Origin: Nitrososphaeraceae archaeon
GTDB lineage: Archaea > Thermoproteota > Nitrososphaeria > Nitrososphaerales > Nitrososphaeraceae
Length of the DNA stretch: 43,602 nt
NCBI GenBank assembly: GCA_035250975.1
Contig: DATFEP010000010.1
Span: 1 to 43,602 of the forward strand
Direction of reading: 5' to 3'
How positions within the stretch are numbered: the stretch's first letter is position 1; each line of letters begins with the position of its first letter. Of the stretch, positions 32,427 to 41,087 are shown one piece after another. The notes under the pieces are model-generated. The model worked only from the letters and a program-made list of their open reading frames with translations, did no database searches and was not told where the DNA came from. The position numbers were made by a program, and so were the translations under genes.

Positions 32427-32586
32427 GTTGTTTTCATGACAGATAGGAATTACTTTACAAAATTGTAGAGTAACAGAATTTCTTGAATTAACATTTTTTA
32501 TTTTTTATCATTGTTTTCATGTGCCATAGATTTCTCTTATTTTAATTTGCACATATTACTTGCGGAAATCCCTTGTTGAAAATTAG

Positions 32587-32652
32587 TTCCAAAGCGGAAG
32601 AAAAAATACGGCGACACTTTTTACAAATACTATAATTATTTCCGGGTCGGAA
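32587..32652. promoter_or_regulatory. Two TTCCRNNNCGGAA palindromic sites in the divergent aquaporin/regulator promoter
   Basis: TTCCAAAGCGGAA (32587-32599) and TTCCGGGTCGGAA (32640-32652). Confidence 0.65.
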
Positions 32653-32691
32653 TATTTGTATAAGCAAAAAATAGAATAATTATAGATTTGC

Positions 32692-33687
32692 TTGATAGAT
32701 GAAATCGATAAAGTTATCCTTCATGAACTAGGAAAAAATGCTCGAATTTCCGCATATCAGATAGCCCACATCCTTCATGAAATGGATTACAAGATAACAG
32801 ATCGAGCAATTAGACAGAGGTTGAAAAGGTTAGAGAATAGAAATGTGATATTAGGATATTGTGCGATTCTTAATCCTGAGCTAGTATCACAAAAAGTAAA
32901 CCGTACTATTTTATTAAAATTCAAATATACATCTCTTTCAACTAATTTAATTAATGGATTAATTAATTATTCAAAAGATGCACCATTTTGTGTTTTTTCG
33001 GCAAAAACAAGCGGAGACTATGACTGGGTTTTTCATTTTGTGTTTGATACAATAGAACAATACGAACTTGAAAGCAGTAATTTCTTACAGAGATTTGCAG
33101 AAATTATTATGGACTATCGTTCTTATGAAACCAAGACATTCAAACTATCCCCATATACTTTTCTTAATGATAGTAAACTTACTGAAAGAAAAATACTTGT
33201 CTATAAAATTCTTGAATCTGTTGAAAGATCACAATTTTTACAAGATAAGCTACAGTTGATTGTAGATGGATTAGTAAAATTTTTTGATGCAAAATTTGCA
33301 AGGATTTGGTTATTGGATAAAGATGAACAACATTTAATTCTAAAGTTTAGTGCTGGAAAATATAAAAATATTACCGGAGAATTCTCAAGAATACCGGTTG
33401 ATTCTTTGAAAATCGGCTATATAGCTAAAACTGGTAAACCCATTATTACTAATGATGTTGTAAATGATCCACGAATAAAATATCCTGAATGGGCAAAAAA
33501 AGAAAAACTTGAATCTTTTGCTGGTTATCCTTTGAAACATAAAGGAATAATAATAGGAGTTCTTGCTATGTTTAGCAAAAAAAGACTCAATATAGGTGAT
33601 TTTGAACTCTTGGAAATTTTCTCTGACAAAGTATCAATAGAGTTATCTACACATTTTGATGCTCAAGAATACCTACAAATAAAGTAA
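32692..33687 (+). CDS. Lrp/AsnC-family regulator fused to a C-terminal GAF domain
   Basis: IDEIDKVILHELGKNARIS..RAIRQRLKRLE HTH, RAM domain (SGDYDW), then GAF (IAKTGKPIITNDVVNDPR, SFAGYPL..IGVLAMFS). Confidence 0.88.
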   Translation: MIDEIDKVILHELGKNARISAYQIAHILHEMDYKITDRAIRQRLKRLENRNVILGYCAILNPELVSQKVNRTILLKFKYTSLSTNLINGLINYSKDAPFCVFSAKTSGDYDWVFHFVFDTIEQYELESSNFLQRFAEIIMDYRSYETKTFKLSPYTFLNDSKLTERKILVYKILESVERSQFLQDKLQLIVDGLVKFFDAKFARIWLLDKDEQHLILKFSAGKYKNITGEFSRIPVDSLKIGYIAKTGKPIITNDVVNDPRIKYPEWAKKEKLESFAGYPLKHKGIIIGVLAMFSKKRLNIGDFELLEIFSDKVSIELSTHFDAQEYLQIK

Positions 33688-33851
33688 TCTCTAATTAGTA
33701 ATTTTTAATATTTTAGATTTTGAATATTTCTATCATAATAAAATTAAAAATGACTAAATAATATTTTCGATAATTAAGTAATAATCAAGAAATAAATCAA
33801 CAGTTCATTTTAGATTTTATATAATTTATATAAATAGTTATTATCATTTCT

Positions 33852-34448
33852 TTAAATATTTCGACATTCAGCTAATTTTATTCCAACATTTGATTCAACA
33901 ATATTTTTGATACCATTTTGCATAAAATCTTTTGATTCTGCTGATATTATCTTCCCGTCTTCACTACTAATGTATTTATTTGGTCCTAACCCTACACTTC
34001 CTTTTACAGATAATGTTGGATAAAAGTCACTTACTGTCAGATCATTTACTATCTTCTGAAGCTCATTCTTTGATGATATTGCTTTTACTATAAATTTATC
34101 GAATGTTGCATTATCCGAAACTTTTTGTATTGATATTATGTTTCTAATATAATAATTTTTTATGAAATCATCTACACTTTCTTTAAATCCACTAAAGACT
34201 ATTGGTAAACTAGCATCACCATATTCAATCATTTTTAATTGCATTTGTTTAACATTGATTTCATTTTCTGCTCTGAGAATTTTATGTTTTTCATTAGAAG
34301 CATCTAATAACTCATAACATGTTCCATCAATATTCACATTTACATGTTTTTCTGGATAATAACTGAATGCTAGTAGAAAGCCTACCGTGCCAACTACTAT
34401 TAATGCTAATATTCCAGGAAAGGCAGTTTTATATAAATTTAAAGCCAT
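33852..34448 (-). CDS. Membrane-anchored hypothetical protein
   Basis: N-terminal TM; two Cys near the ends of the soluble domain; 22 bp downstream of 34471..34794. Confidence 0.75.
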   Translation of the reverse strand: MALNLYKTAFPGILALIVVGTVGFLLAFSYYPEKHVNVNIDGTCYELLDASNEKHKILRAENEINVKQMQLKMIEYGDASLPIVFSGFKESVDDFIKNYYIRNIISIQKVSDNATFDKFIVKAISSKNELQKIVNDLTVSDFYPTLSVKGSVGLGPNKYISSEDGKIISAESKDFMQNGIKNIVESNVGIKLAECRNI

Positions 34449-34470
34449 TTCTTTTATTCATCCTTAGCTG

Positions 34471-34794
34471 TTAATTGTAATCGACGTAATATCGATATCT
34501 TCTTTCTACTTCCTTGTTATTTCCTGCATTAACTAAAGAGATTCCATGTCTTATATTTTTTGAAATATACTCTTTCAAGTAATCTGAATGTTCATTATTT
34601 GGAAAACAAGATATTAGCAAATTTTCAAATTTTTTTATGAATTCGGTAACCTTTTCATGATATTCTTCTTGTGAAGGTTTACCATTATTGGTTACTTTAA
34701 ACCATACAGTAGCTGAAGGTGCAGCATATGTCTTTGCAATATCCTCTAATACTCTATCTAATTCGAACAGATCTATATTTTTTAGTTGAGTCAT
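34471..34794 (-). CDS. Small soluble hypothetical protein
   Basis: 107 aa; first gene of a two-gene minus-strand unit. Confidence 0.75.
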   Translation of the reverse strand: MTQLKNIDLFELDRVLEDIAKTYAAPSATVWFKVTNNGKPSQEEYHEKVTEFIKKFENLLISCFPNNEHSDYLKEYISKNIRHGISLVNAGNNKEVERRYRYYVDYN

Positions 34795-34851
34795 AACTAT
34801 ACTACGTCAAATATAATAATATTCTCTACGGAATTTTTTTTGGTTTTTATT

Positions 34852-34936
34852 TTCCATTTCGGAAACTATATACGAAATATTTCTATGGTTTGAATATATT
34901 ATTTTAATAATCATCATCAAAATTTCCGAATCGGAA
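34852..34936. promoter_or_regulatory. Two more TTCCRNNNCGGAA sites upstream of the 34794 operon
   Basis: TTCCATTTCGGAA (34852-34864) and TTCCGAATCGGAA (34924-34936, extending to ATTTCCGAATCGGAAAT). Confidence 0.65.
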
Positions 34937-35598
34937 ATAATGAATATAATACCAATGATTTAGAAAAGGAAATTGAAAAGTTTTAGTCAACTCTTTCTTT
35001 TAATAAACTAAATGACGATTATATTTATATAAATTTTATTAATTCATTAAATCAAAAATAAAAGCCATGTAATTGGAATTCATATCTGCTTCGTCCTATT
35101 CAAGAAAAGAATTCAATATTTTTCCAGTAAGGATATTAAATATATTACTTATTAATAAATTATAATGATTAATGTCATCAGCAAAAGATATAATAATTAG
35201 TTAGATTTTGTATTTATTTTAGTGACTTGTGAAACAAATTGCACCTAAATTTTGGTTCCATGATAATTCTATAAATTTTAACGCTCCTATGAACTGATAC
35301 ATCTAATTTTGATAATTTTAAAGGAGCATTATATATGACCACTGAAATTGTATAAATTTAGGACACACCACAATGCTTTGATTATTACTATTTTGGTGAC
35401 ACTAAGCAAGAATAAATAAAGTGTAGTTTTATATATCTCACGAAATAAAGGTGTTTATCTAATTTTATAAAACAAAAAACAAGGCTCTAGAGAAAAACAT
35501 CGAACATTCTTAATTAAAAAGTAACAAAAAAGTAAACAATATAAATGCGTATTTTATAATACCGTTTGGAATAAACCTTTTTCCAAAGAACAATATGA

Positions 35599-35920
35599 TT
35601 ACTTTAATGTTCCACACATAACATGCACTTGCATTATACTAGCTCCTTTGCCAAAAGGGAAAACACCTTTATCCATCCCCAAGATCCTAAGCTGATATCC
35701 CATGTGCGTTTGCACCACAATTTCTGGCTCTTCATGCCATACTGTATAATCTCCAACAGTAATCAGTACATGTTTTTCACCAAATATGTCTGCTTGTACT
35801 GTTTAAAGGTTACTTATTTATTATCTTTTTACTGGAATTTTTTTGTAAGTATCGAGTACAAGTACAGATGCTATCTCAATATTCGTCCCATCCAAAAAAA
35901 ACTTACTATATGCATAATAA
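35599..35920 (-). pseudogene. Interrupted gene of unknown family
   Basis: Minus frame reads YSKFFLDGTNIEIASVLVLDTYKKIP, then stops, then TVQADIFGEKHVLITVGDYTVWHEEPEIVVQTHMGYQLRILGMDKGVFPFGKGASIMQVHVMCGTLK*; this is more protein-like than the + strand ORF. Confidence 0.5.
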
Positions 35921-36243
35921 TAGTTCGAATTTTTATTATACTTTGTTTTTTCATTATCTTAAAGATAACAGTATTCATAAGAATTTTCGTTATAACTATA
36001 ACTAATACATTTATAGCTACATTTATTATTAGAAAATGAATAAATCATAAATATGAATTCGTGTATGTAAAATATAAAGTAACTTGTCTATGTAAATAAA
36101 TTTAATATTATGGCCTGTAATAGCAAAATCATGTTTTAGGTTTTACACATTTAAATTTCAAGTTGAAGCATATCTTTGATTTATATTCCTTAAAAAACTT
36201 TTGTACAGTATTAATTAAATATTTTCATTATACTTATTGCATG

Positions 36244-36522
36244 TTAAACCATAAGATGAAGATAACGTAAGAGAATATAACGTAATTTGTTTGTAGGATT
36301 AAAATTATATCTTAAATTATCAATCATGTAAATTATACTTTCAATTTTCTTAAAATAATCTTGTACTAAAAAAGATGCTATTATTAATCCATTGTTTTCC
36401 TCTTTTTGTTTCACAAGAATACATGAAGAACCAGAATATATGTTTTCAATGCAAATAGTTGATCGATCAAAATATTGAAATATTTTTTCATTAATATATT
36501 TATCTTCAGTATATTCTGTCAA
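36244..36522 (-). CDS. Hypothetical protein or gene fragment
   Basis: 92-aa ORF; no motif. Confidence 0.3.
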   Translation of the reverse strand: MTEYTEDKYINEKIFQYFDRSTICIENIYSGSSCILVKQKEENNGLIIASFLVQDYFKKIESIIYMIDNLRYNFNPTNKLRYILLRYLHLMV

Positions 36523-36559
36523 TTTGATAATATGTTACTATAATGCGTCGAGTTTTTAG

Positions 36560-37083
36560 TACTCTTTTAGTAAGTGTTAAAGCCTCTTAATTTTTATCGA
36601 GTTTGGCTAATGCATCGACTATGTTGTTCAGTGCATAGGTCTAATAAGGATTCATTTTCAGTCCTTTCGTACCGAGTTTTAGCTTATTCTTAATTGTCAA
36701 GGTATAGAAAGCAACACTTTATAATGCATTAACATGACCAAGAACCATTTTGAGTACCAAGTAGTACCGGGTTATTGCCTCCGCAGTTCTCAAGAGATAT
36801 AAGAGCAGCTCCTTTGCACATTATGTGCATAAACATCTTTAGGATCTATTTCCAGTATCTTGTCATACATTTTATAGCCTTCTCATACATTTTATAACCT
36901 TCTCATACTTGCCATCTCTATAGAGTGTAGTACCTTTCCAGATCAGTGCATCATCATCAGAAAGTCTAGAAGGTTTATTTAGTGTATAAAATCCTTCTTC
37001 AGAAGCAAAAGAATAACCGATGATAATGAAAAATAGTGTTATAACGCCAATTCCATTTGCCGATAATAGATTCTTTTTCTCAT
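36560..37083 (-). pseudogene. Decayed membrane-anchored/secreted TPR protein, coupled to the STAND gene
   Basis: ATG overlaps the STAND stop (TGATG). Broken frames read NLLSANGIGVITLFFIIGYSFA, DDALIWKGTTLYRDGKYEK, MYDKILEIDPKDVYA and YALNNIVDALAKLDKN*EAL. There is a ~20-bp tandem duplication near 36865-36910. Confidence 0.75.
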
Positions 37084-39749
37084 CACTTCATTACAGAATT
37101 AAACGCGTTTAATTCTATTTCTTCCAACATATCTTTTAAATCGGGATCTATTTTTAACGCTTTATCATAATAATTTTTGGCTTCATCATCTTTTCCTAAA
37201 TTGTACTTTATAAAGGCAGCAGTAGAAAGATAGTATTTGTTATCAGGTGCAGATTCAAGTGCTTTTTCAATTAGTGGCACGGCCTCTTCGTTCTTATCAA
37301 GTTTGGCTAAAACAAACGCTTTGCTGTTAAGTGCATCAGTATAATTGGGATCTATTGCAAGGACCTTGTTGTACCATGAGATGGCCTCCTCGTACTTGCC
37401 GAGGTTATCTAGAGCAAGACCTTTGTTGCTCAGTGCATCAATGTAATTTGGATCTATACCCAGAACCTTGTCATACCAGGTTATTGCCTCCTCGTACTTG
37501 CCGAGGCTATTTAAGGCAGATCCTATGTTGTTAATCGCGCCGATATTATCAGGATCTATAGCCAGGGCCTTGTCATACCAGGTTATTGCCTCCTCGTACT
37601 TGGCGAGGCTATCTAGAGCCACACCTTTACTGGCAAGTGCATCAATATAATTTGGATCTACAGCCAGGGCCTTGTCATACCAGGTTATTGCCTCCTCGTT
37701 CTTGCCGAGGTTGTATAGAGCAAGACCTTTGTTGGTAAGTGTATGAACATCACTAGGATCTACAGCCAGGGCCTTGTCATACCAGGTTATTGCCTCCTCG
37801 TTCTTGCCGAGGTTGTCTATAACAATGCCTTTACTGACAAGTGCATAAGTATAATTAGGATTTATTGCCAGGGCCTTGTCATACAATGCCATGGCCTCTT
37901 TGTATTGGCCTAGACCATACAGAGCATCGCCTTTGCTGGTAAGTGCATTGACATTATTAGGGTCTTCAACCAGCGTCTTGTCATACCAGGTTATTGCCTC
38001 TTGATCCTGGCTATCTAGGTCAGCTAGAATCGTACTTGTGTTGCCAAGTGTATCAAGATAATTGGGGTCTATAGCTCGCAGCTTTTTATAATATAATTCA
38101 GAGTCAGCATCTTGAGATAATTGTTGTAATGTTAATCCTTTGTAATATAACGCATCAGTAGAATTTGGATTTATAGATAATGCTTTGGTAAATTCTAAAT
38201 TCGCCTGTTTGTAATTACCTATACCGTAATATTTAATCCCATTTGTTAGTTGTTCTAGAAGTGCTTTATCTGTTTGAACAAGTTTTTGCTCTTGTTTTAG
38301 TTCTAGTTTTTGTTGTTCCAGTTCATTTTGATAATTTGACTGTAATGATGACAAATATAGCGATATACCTATAATAGAAATTATCAGAACCGGTAAAATG
38401 ACTTTTATTCGAGATGTTCTTTTAGATTTTATCTTTTTACTAGTCCATTCCTTATTAGATTCCTTGATGGGTTTGATCAATCTATCATGTGTCAATTCAT
38501 ACCAATATGCACCGGCACGCCATTCTCTTCTTACCAGATACAATTGCGCTAAAATTTCTATTGCCTTGTTGGGTATACCTTTGGTTGAGCCAGCTTCAAG
38601 ATGGATGTTACTTCTCGTTCCACTAGATGTAATTAGATTTTCTTCACACCATCTTCTAAGGTCTTCTTCTTTTACCTTGGTTTGTTTTACAGCACTTTGA
38701 ATAGATTTCACATAGAAATCCTCTAAAGACTTGTCGACATTTGTTAAATCAGAATCAGACAAATATTTTGTATCTGACTGAATATTTTTTGATATGAATC
38801 TTTCATACCACCATCGCTGGCACACTACCTGGAGCTGTATAGGTTCAACAAATTCTCCTAGTACCTCGAGAGATCTTCCAGCTATAGTTTCAACTTTAAT
38901 CTTTGTTAAATCTCTAACGATTTGTTCAATCTCATCGATAGGAACATCATAATTTAATATTTCTAACGGGCCCTTAATAGCTTGTATAGCCTCATCATAA
39001 CCTAGTCGCTCCAATCTGAGTCGAGGTTTTAATTTTTCGGGTAAATTTGACACAAAAGGATCCATCTGGGCTAGATAGTCTTCTCTGATAACAAATACAA
39101 TTCTAAGTAGAGGATCGTTCTCAAGAGCATCGGAGATATTTGAAAAGAAATCCTGTTGGTGTTGTTGCCATTTGGTAGGATCTGAAAAAAAATTAAATAA
39201 CTCTTCAAATTGATCAAAAATTATTACTTGTGGAATATCCTTTCCTCTCTGGTTTACTTGATGTGGAAAATATATTTCCAAAAATTCGGACAACGATTGA
39301 TTTTTTAAAACAGAATAATCAGAAATATTTGGTCCTAGACTTTGAAATGTATTCAAGAGATAAAGATTATCAATAGAGTTAGAAACTGGTTCCTTATCAT
39401 CCTTTGGAGCATCTGTAGTTGCTCTATCAGTTATGTTAGAGCCAAATCCAACTCTTGCAATAGGCAAAACTTGTAATCCTCTTTTCTGTAATTCAGGTAC
39501 AATTTTGGCATTAAATAAAGAAGTCTTTCCAGCCCCAGATTGAGCATATATCAAAACTAATTTATGACTATAAATAAGAGAAATAATTTTCTCTGATTCA
39601 TAGTTTCTTCCAAAGAAAAGTTTTTGATCTTCAAGATCCTGGCTAAAAGGTCTTGGACCTACGAAAGGATTTCTTATTTCCCCTTGTTGTAGTTGAACTC
39701 CATGATGATTATTACGCTGATCTTGATCTTGACTATTATCTTTGTTCAT
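37083..39749 (-). CDS. nSTAND1-type P-loop NTPase + single TM + about 11 TPR repeats
   Basis: NPFVGPRPF..LFFGR, Walker A AQSGAGKTS, Walker B VIIFDQFEELF, IREDYL, PIQLQVVC and YELTHDRLI are nSTAND1 signatures. TM ILPVLIISIIGISLYL follows KKIKSKRTSRIK; TPRs read EEAITWYDKALAxDP. Confidence 0.9.
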   Translation of the reverse strand: MNKDNSQDQDQRNNHHGVQLQQGEIRNPFVGPRPFSQDLEDQKLFFGRNYESEKIISLIYSHKLVLIYAQSGAGKTSLFNAKIVPELQKRGLQVLPIARVGFGSNITDRATTDAPKDDKEPVSNSIDNLYLLNTFQSLGPNISDYSVLKNQSLSEFLEIYFPHQVNQRGKDIPQVIIFDQFEELFNFFSDPTKWQQHQQDFFSNISDALENDPLLRIVFVIREDYLAQMDPFVSNLPEKLKPRLRLERLGYDEAIQAIKGPLEILNYDVPIDEIEQIVRDLTKIKVETIAGRSLEVLGEFVEPIQLQVVCQRWWYERFISKNIQSDTKYLSDSDLTNVDKSLEDFYVKSIQSAVKQTKVKEEDLRRWCEENLITSSGTRSNIHLEAGSTKGIPNKAIEILAQLYLVRREWRAGAYWYELTHDRLIKPIKESNKEWTSKKIKSKRTSRIKVILPVLIISIIGISLYLSSLQSNYQNELEQQKLELKQEQKLVQTDKALLEQLTNGIKYYGIGNYKQANLEFTKALSINPNSTDALYYKGLTLQQLSQDADSELYYKKLRAIDPNYLDTLGNTSTILADLDSQDQEAITWYDKTLVEDPNNVNALTSKGDALYGLGQYKEAMALYDKALAINPNYTYALVSKGIVIDNLGKNEEAITWYDKALAVDPSDVHTLTNKGLALYNLGKNEEAITWYDKALAVDPNYIDALASKGVALDSLAKYEEAITWYDKALAIDPDNIGAINNIGSALNSLGKYEEAITWYDKVLGIDPNYIDALSNKGLALDNLGKYEEAISWYNKVLAIDPNYTDALNSKAFVLAKLDKNEEAVPLIEKALESAPDNKYYLSTAAFIKYNLGKDDEAKNYYDKALKIDPDLKDMLEEIELNAFNSVMK
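37357..38000 (-). repeat. 102-bp tandem TPR-coding repeats with high nucleotide identity
   Basis: CTTGTCATACCAGGTTATTGCCTC recurs exactly near 37467, 37569, 37671, 37773 and 37977 (102-bp register); the region is visibly more GC-rich than its surroundings. Confidence 0.92.
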
Positions 39750-40654
39750 GGATTCTTAAATTTTTCCCAACGATCTCTCAATTCTTTGGCAAAGTTATTG
39801 ACGTCTCCCCAATAAACACGGACCTTGAACATATTTCTTGTGTACTGATCTAAATACCTAATTGCTTGTTCTTTCTTTTCTTCTGTAAAACCATAGGGAA
39901 GTTGTACAGCTATACTGGGCAGTTGTAACCCGCTGCCTAACCCTTCTCCCAACAGGTGCATAAGGCTCCTAAAAATAAAACGAAAGTTTATGTCTCTTAA
40001 ACTGTAACCAATAAACAATAACGATGTACTGTTCAATGCTGTATAAATCTGATAAGGTAATATTTCTTCTTCTTTGGATAACATAATCAAGAAGTCTAGA
40101 TAATCTGTTTCTGTTAGAACCATCGAACGCGGATGATCAACATTGCCATGGAGGTGGTAAACCAATGGTTTTTCTTGAGTTGGCTTATAGTCTTTTGTGT
40201 CAAAAACAGATTGAACGTTGGCTTGTCTTTTTAAAAAACTATTCCATCTACAAAATTCATTCACAGGATCTTTTCCTCTGCTTCTAAGTGCTGCTTCCAT
40301 AAATTCATCGTAATTAGTAGTAATATAAAGAGGAAGATTGAGATCAGCAAGAATAGCATGTGCTTTATTTTTATATTCTTGTTGGGAGAAATCGGGAATA
40401 TTTACTTTTTTAAGCCATCTGACAATAAAGTTCTTTGGAAACATATCTCCATGTTCAATTGCAACATATTGAGATACTCTGTCCAAGTCACGAACATCGT
40501 CTAGCGGGTATTGGTATTCTTCTGCCATTTCCATAGATATCTTACTACCCAGAGGGAGCCAATCAGTAGATGCGCCTGCTCCTATAAATGGAGTACATCC
40601 TTGTTCATCTATCGAATATAGTAATTCTTCCCAGTCTGCATCTCTTAGGCTCAA
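39746..40654 (-). CDS. Stand-alone SIR2-like (SIR2_2) protein, predicted NAD+ hydrolase
   Basis: PFIGAGAS, YITTNYD, YHLHG, VLTETDY and LLFIGYSLRD; stop overlaps the STAND start (ATGA). Confidence 0.9.
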   Translation of the reverse strand: MSLRDADWEELLYSIDEQGCTPFIGAGASTDWLPLGSKISMEMAEEYQYPLDDVRDLDRVSQYVAIEHGDMFPKNFIVRWLKKVNIPDFSQQEYKNKAHAILADLNLPLYITTNYDEFMEAALRSRGKDPVNEFCRWNSFLKRQANVQSVFDTKDYKPTQEKPLVYHLHGNVDHPRSMVLTETDYLDFLIMLSKEEEILPYQIYTALNSTSLLFIGYSLRDINFRFIFRSLMHLLGEGLGSGLQLPSIAVQLPYGFTEEKKEQAIRYLDQYTRNMFKVRVYWGDVNNFAKELRDRWEKFKNP

Positions 40655-41018
40655 CGATTATGCAATTTTATGAGAATGTTTTAATAAAAAGTTTTTCCCA
40701 TGATTTCATAATTTTCCAAATAATTGAAAGATTTTGCTTTTTTATTTAAATTGTTTATAACTTTATGTCATGCTCTACGAATATTTAGAATAAGGGAAAT
40801 AAAAAAATAAACTTTCATCCTATCAGATGAAAAATTGTAAGTTGTTGAATTTGCACTATATGAGATGGAGACTAGTTAAAAATTAAGTTGACAGTTGATT
40901 AAAATAAAATACGTTTTTTACTTTACTAAAATTTATATTTCATCTTATTCCTAAAAACGGTACACTAGGTATGATGAATCTGCATAGACTCTTTTGTTTG
41001 TAATTGAATAAGAAATAG

Positions 41019-41034
41019 TTTTCGGCGCCGAAAA
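41019..41034. other. Perfect 16-bp palindrome with a GC core
   Basis: TTTTCGGCGCCGAAAA in an otherwise AT-rich intergenic region. Confidence 0.7.
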
Positions 41035-41087
41035 ATTCTCATATTTTCATTTTTGTTTTTAATATATAATACAATTTCAAAAAAATA

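Noticed and set aside
35623-36039. 138-aa + strand ORF
   Set aside because: The composition is implausible, and the minus strand carries a more protein-like interrupted frame.
37357-38000. TPR variability as a diversity-generating retroelement target
   Set aside because: No reverse transcriptase or template repeat is visible, and differences between units are not confined to adenines.
39746-40654. SIR2 gene as Thoeris ThsA, DSR or a housekeeping sirtuin (CobB)
   Set aside because: It has no SLOG/Macro domain, no TIR partner, no long DSR C-terminus and no Zn-ribbon Cys motif of deacetylase sirtuins.
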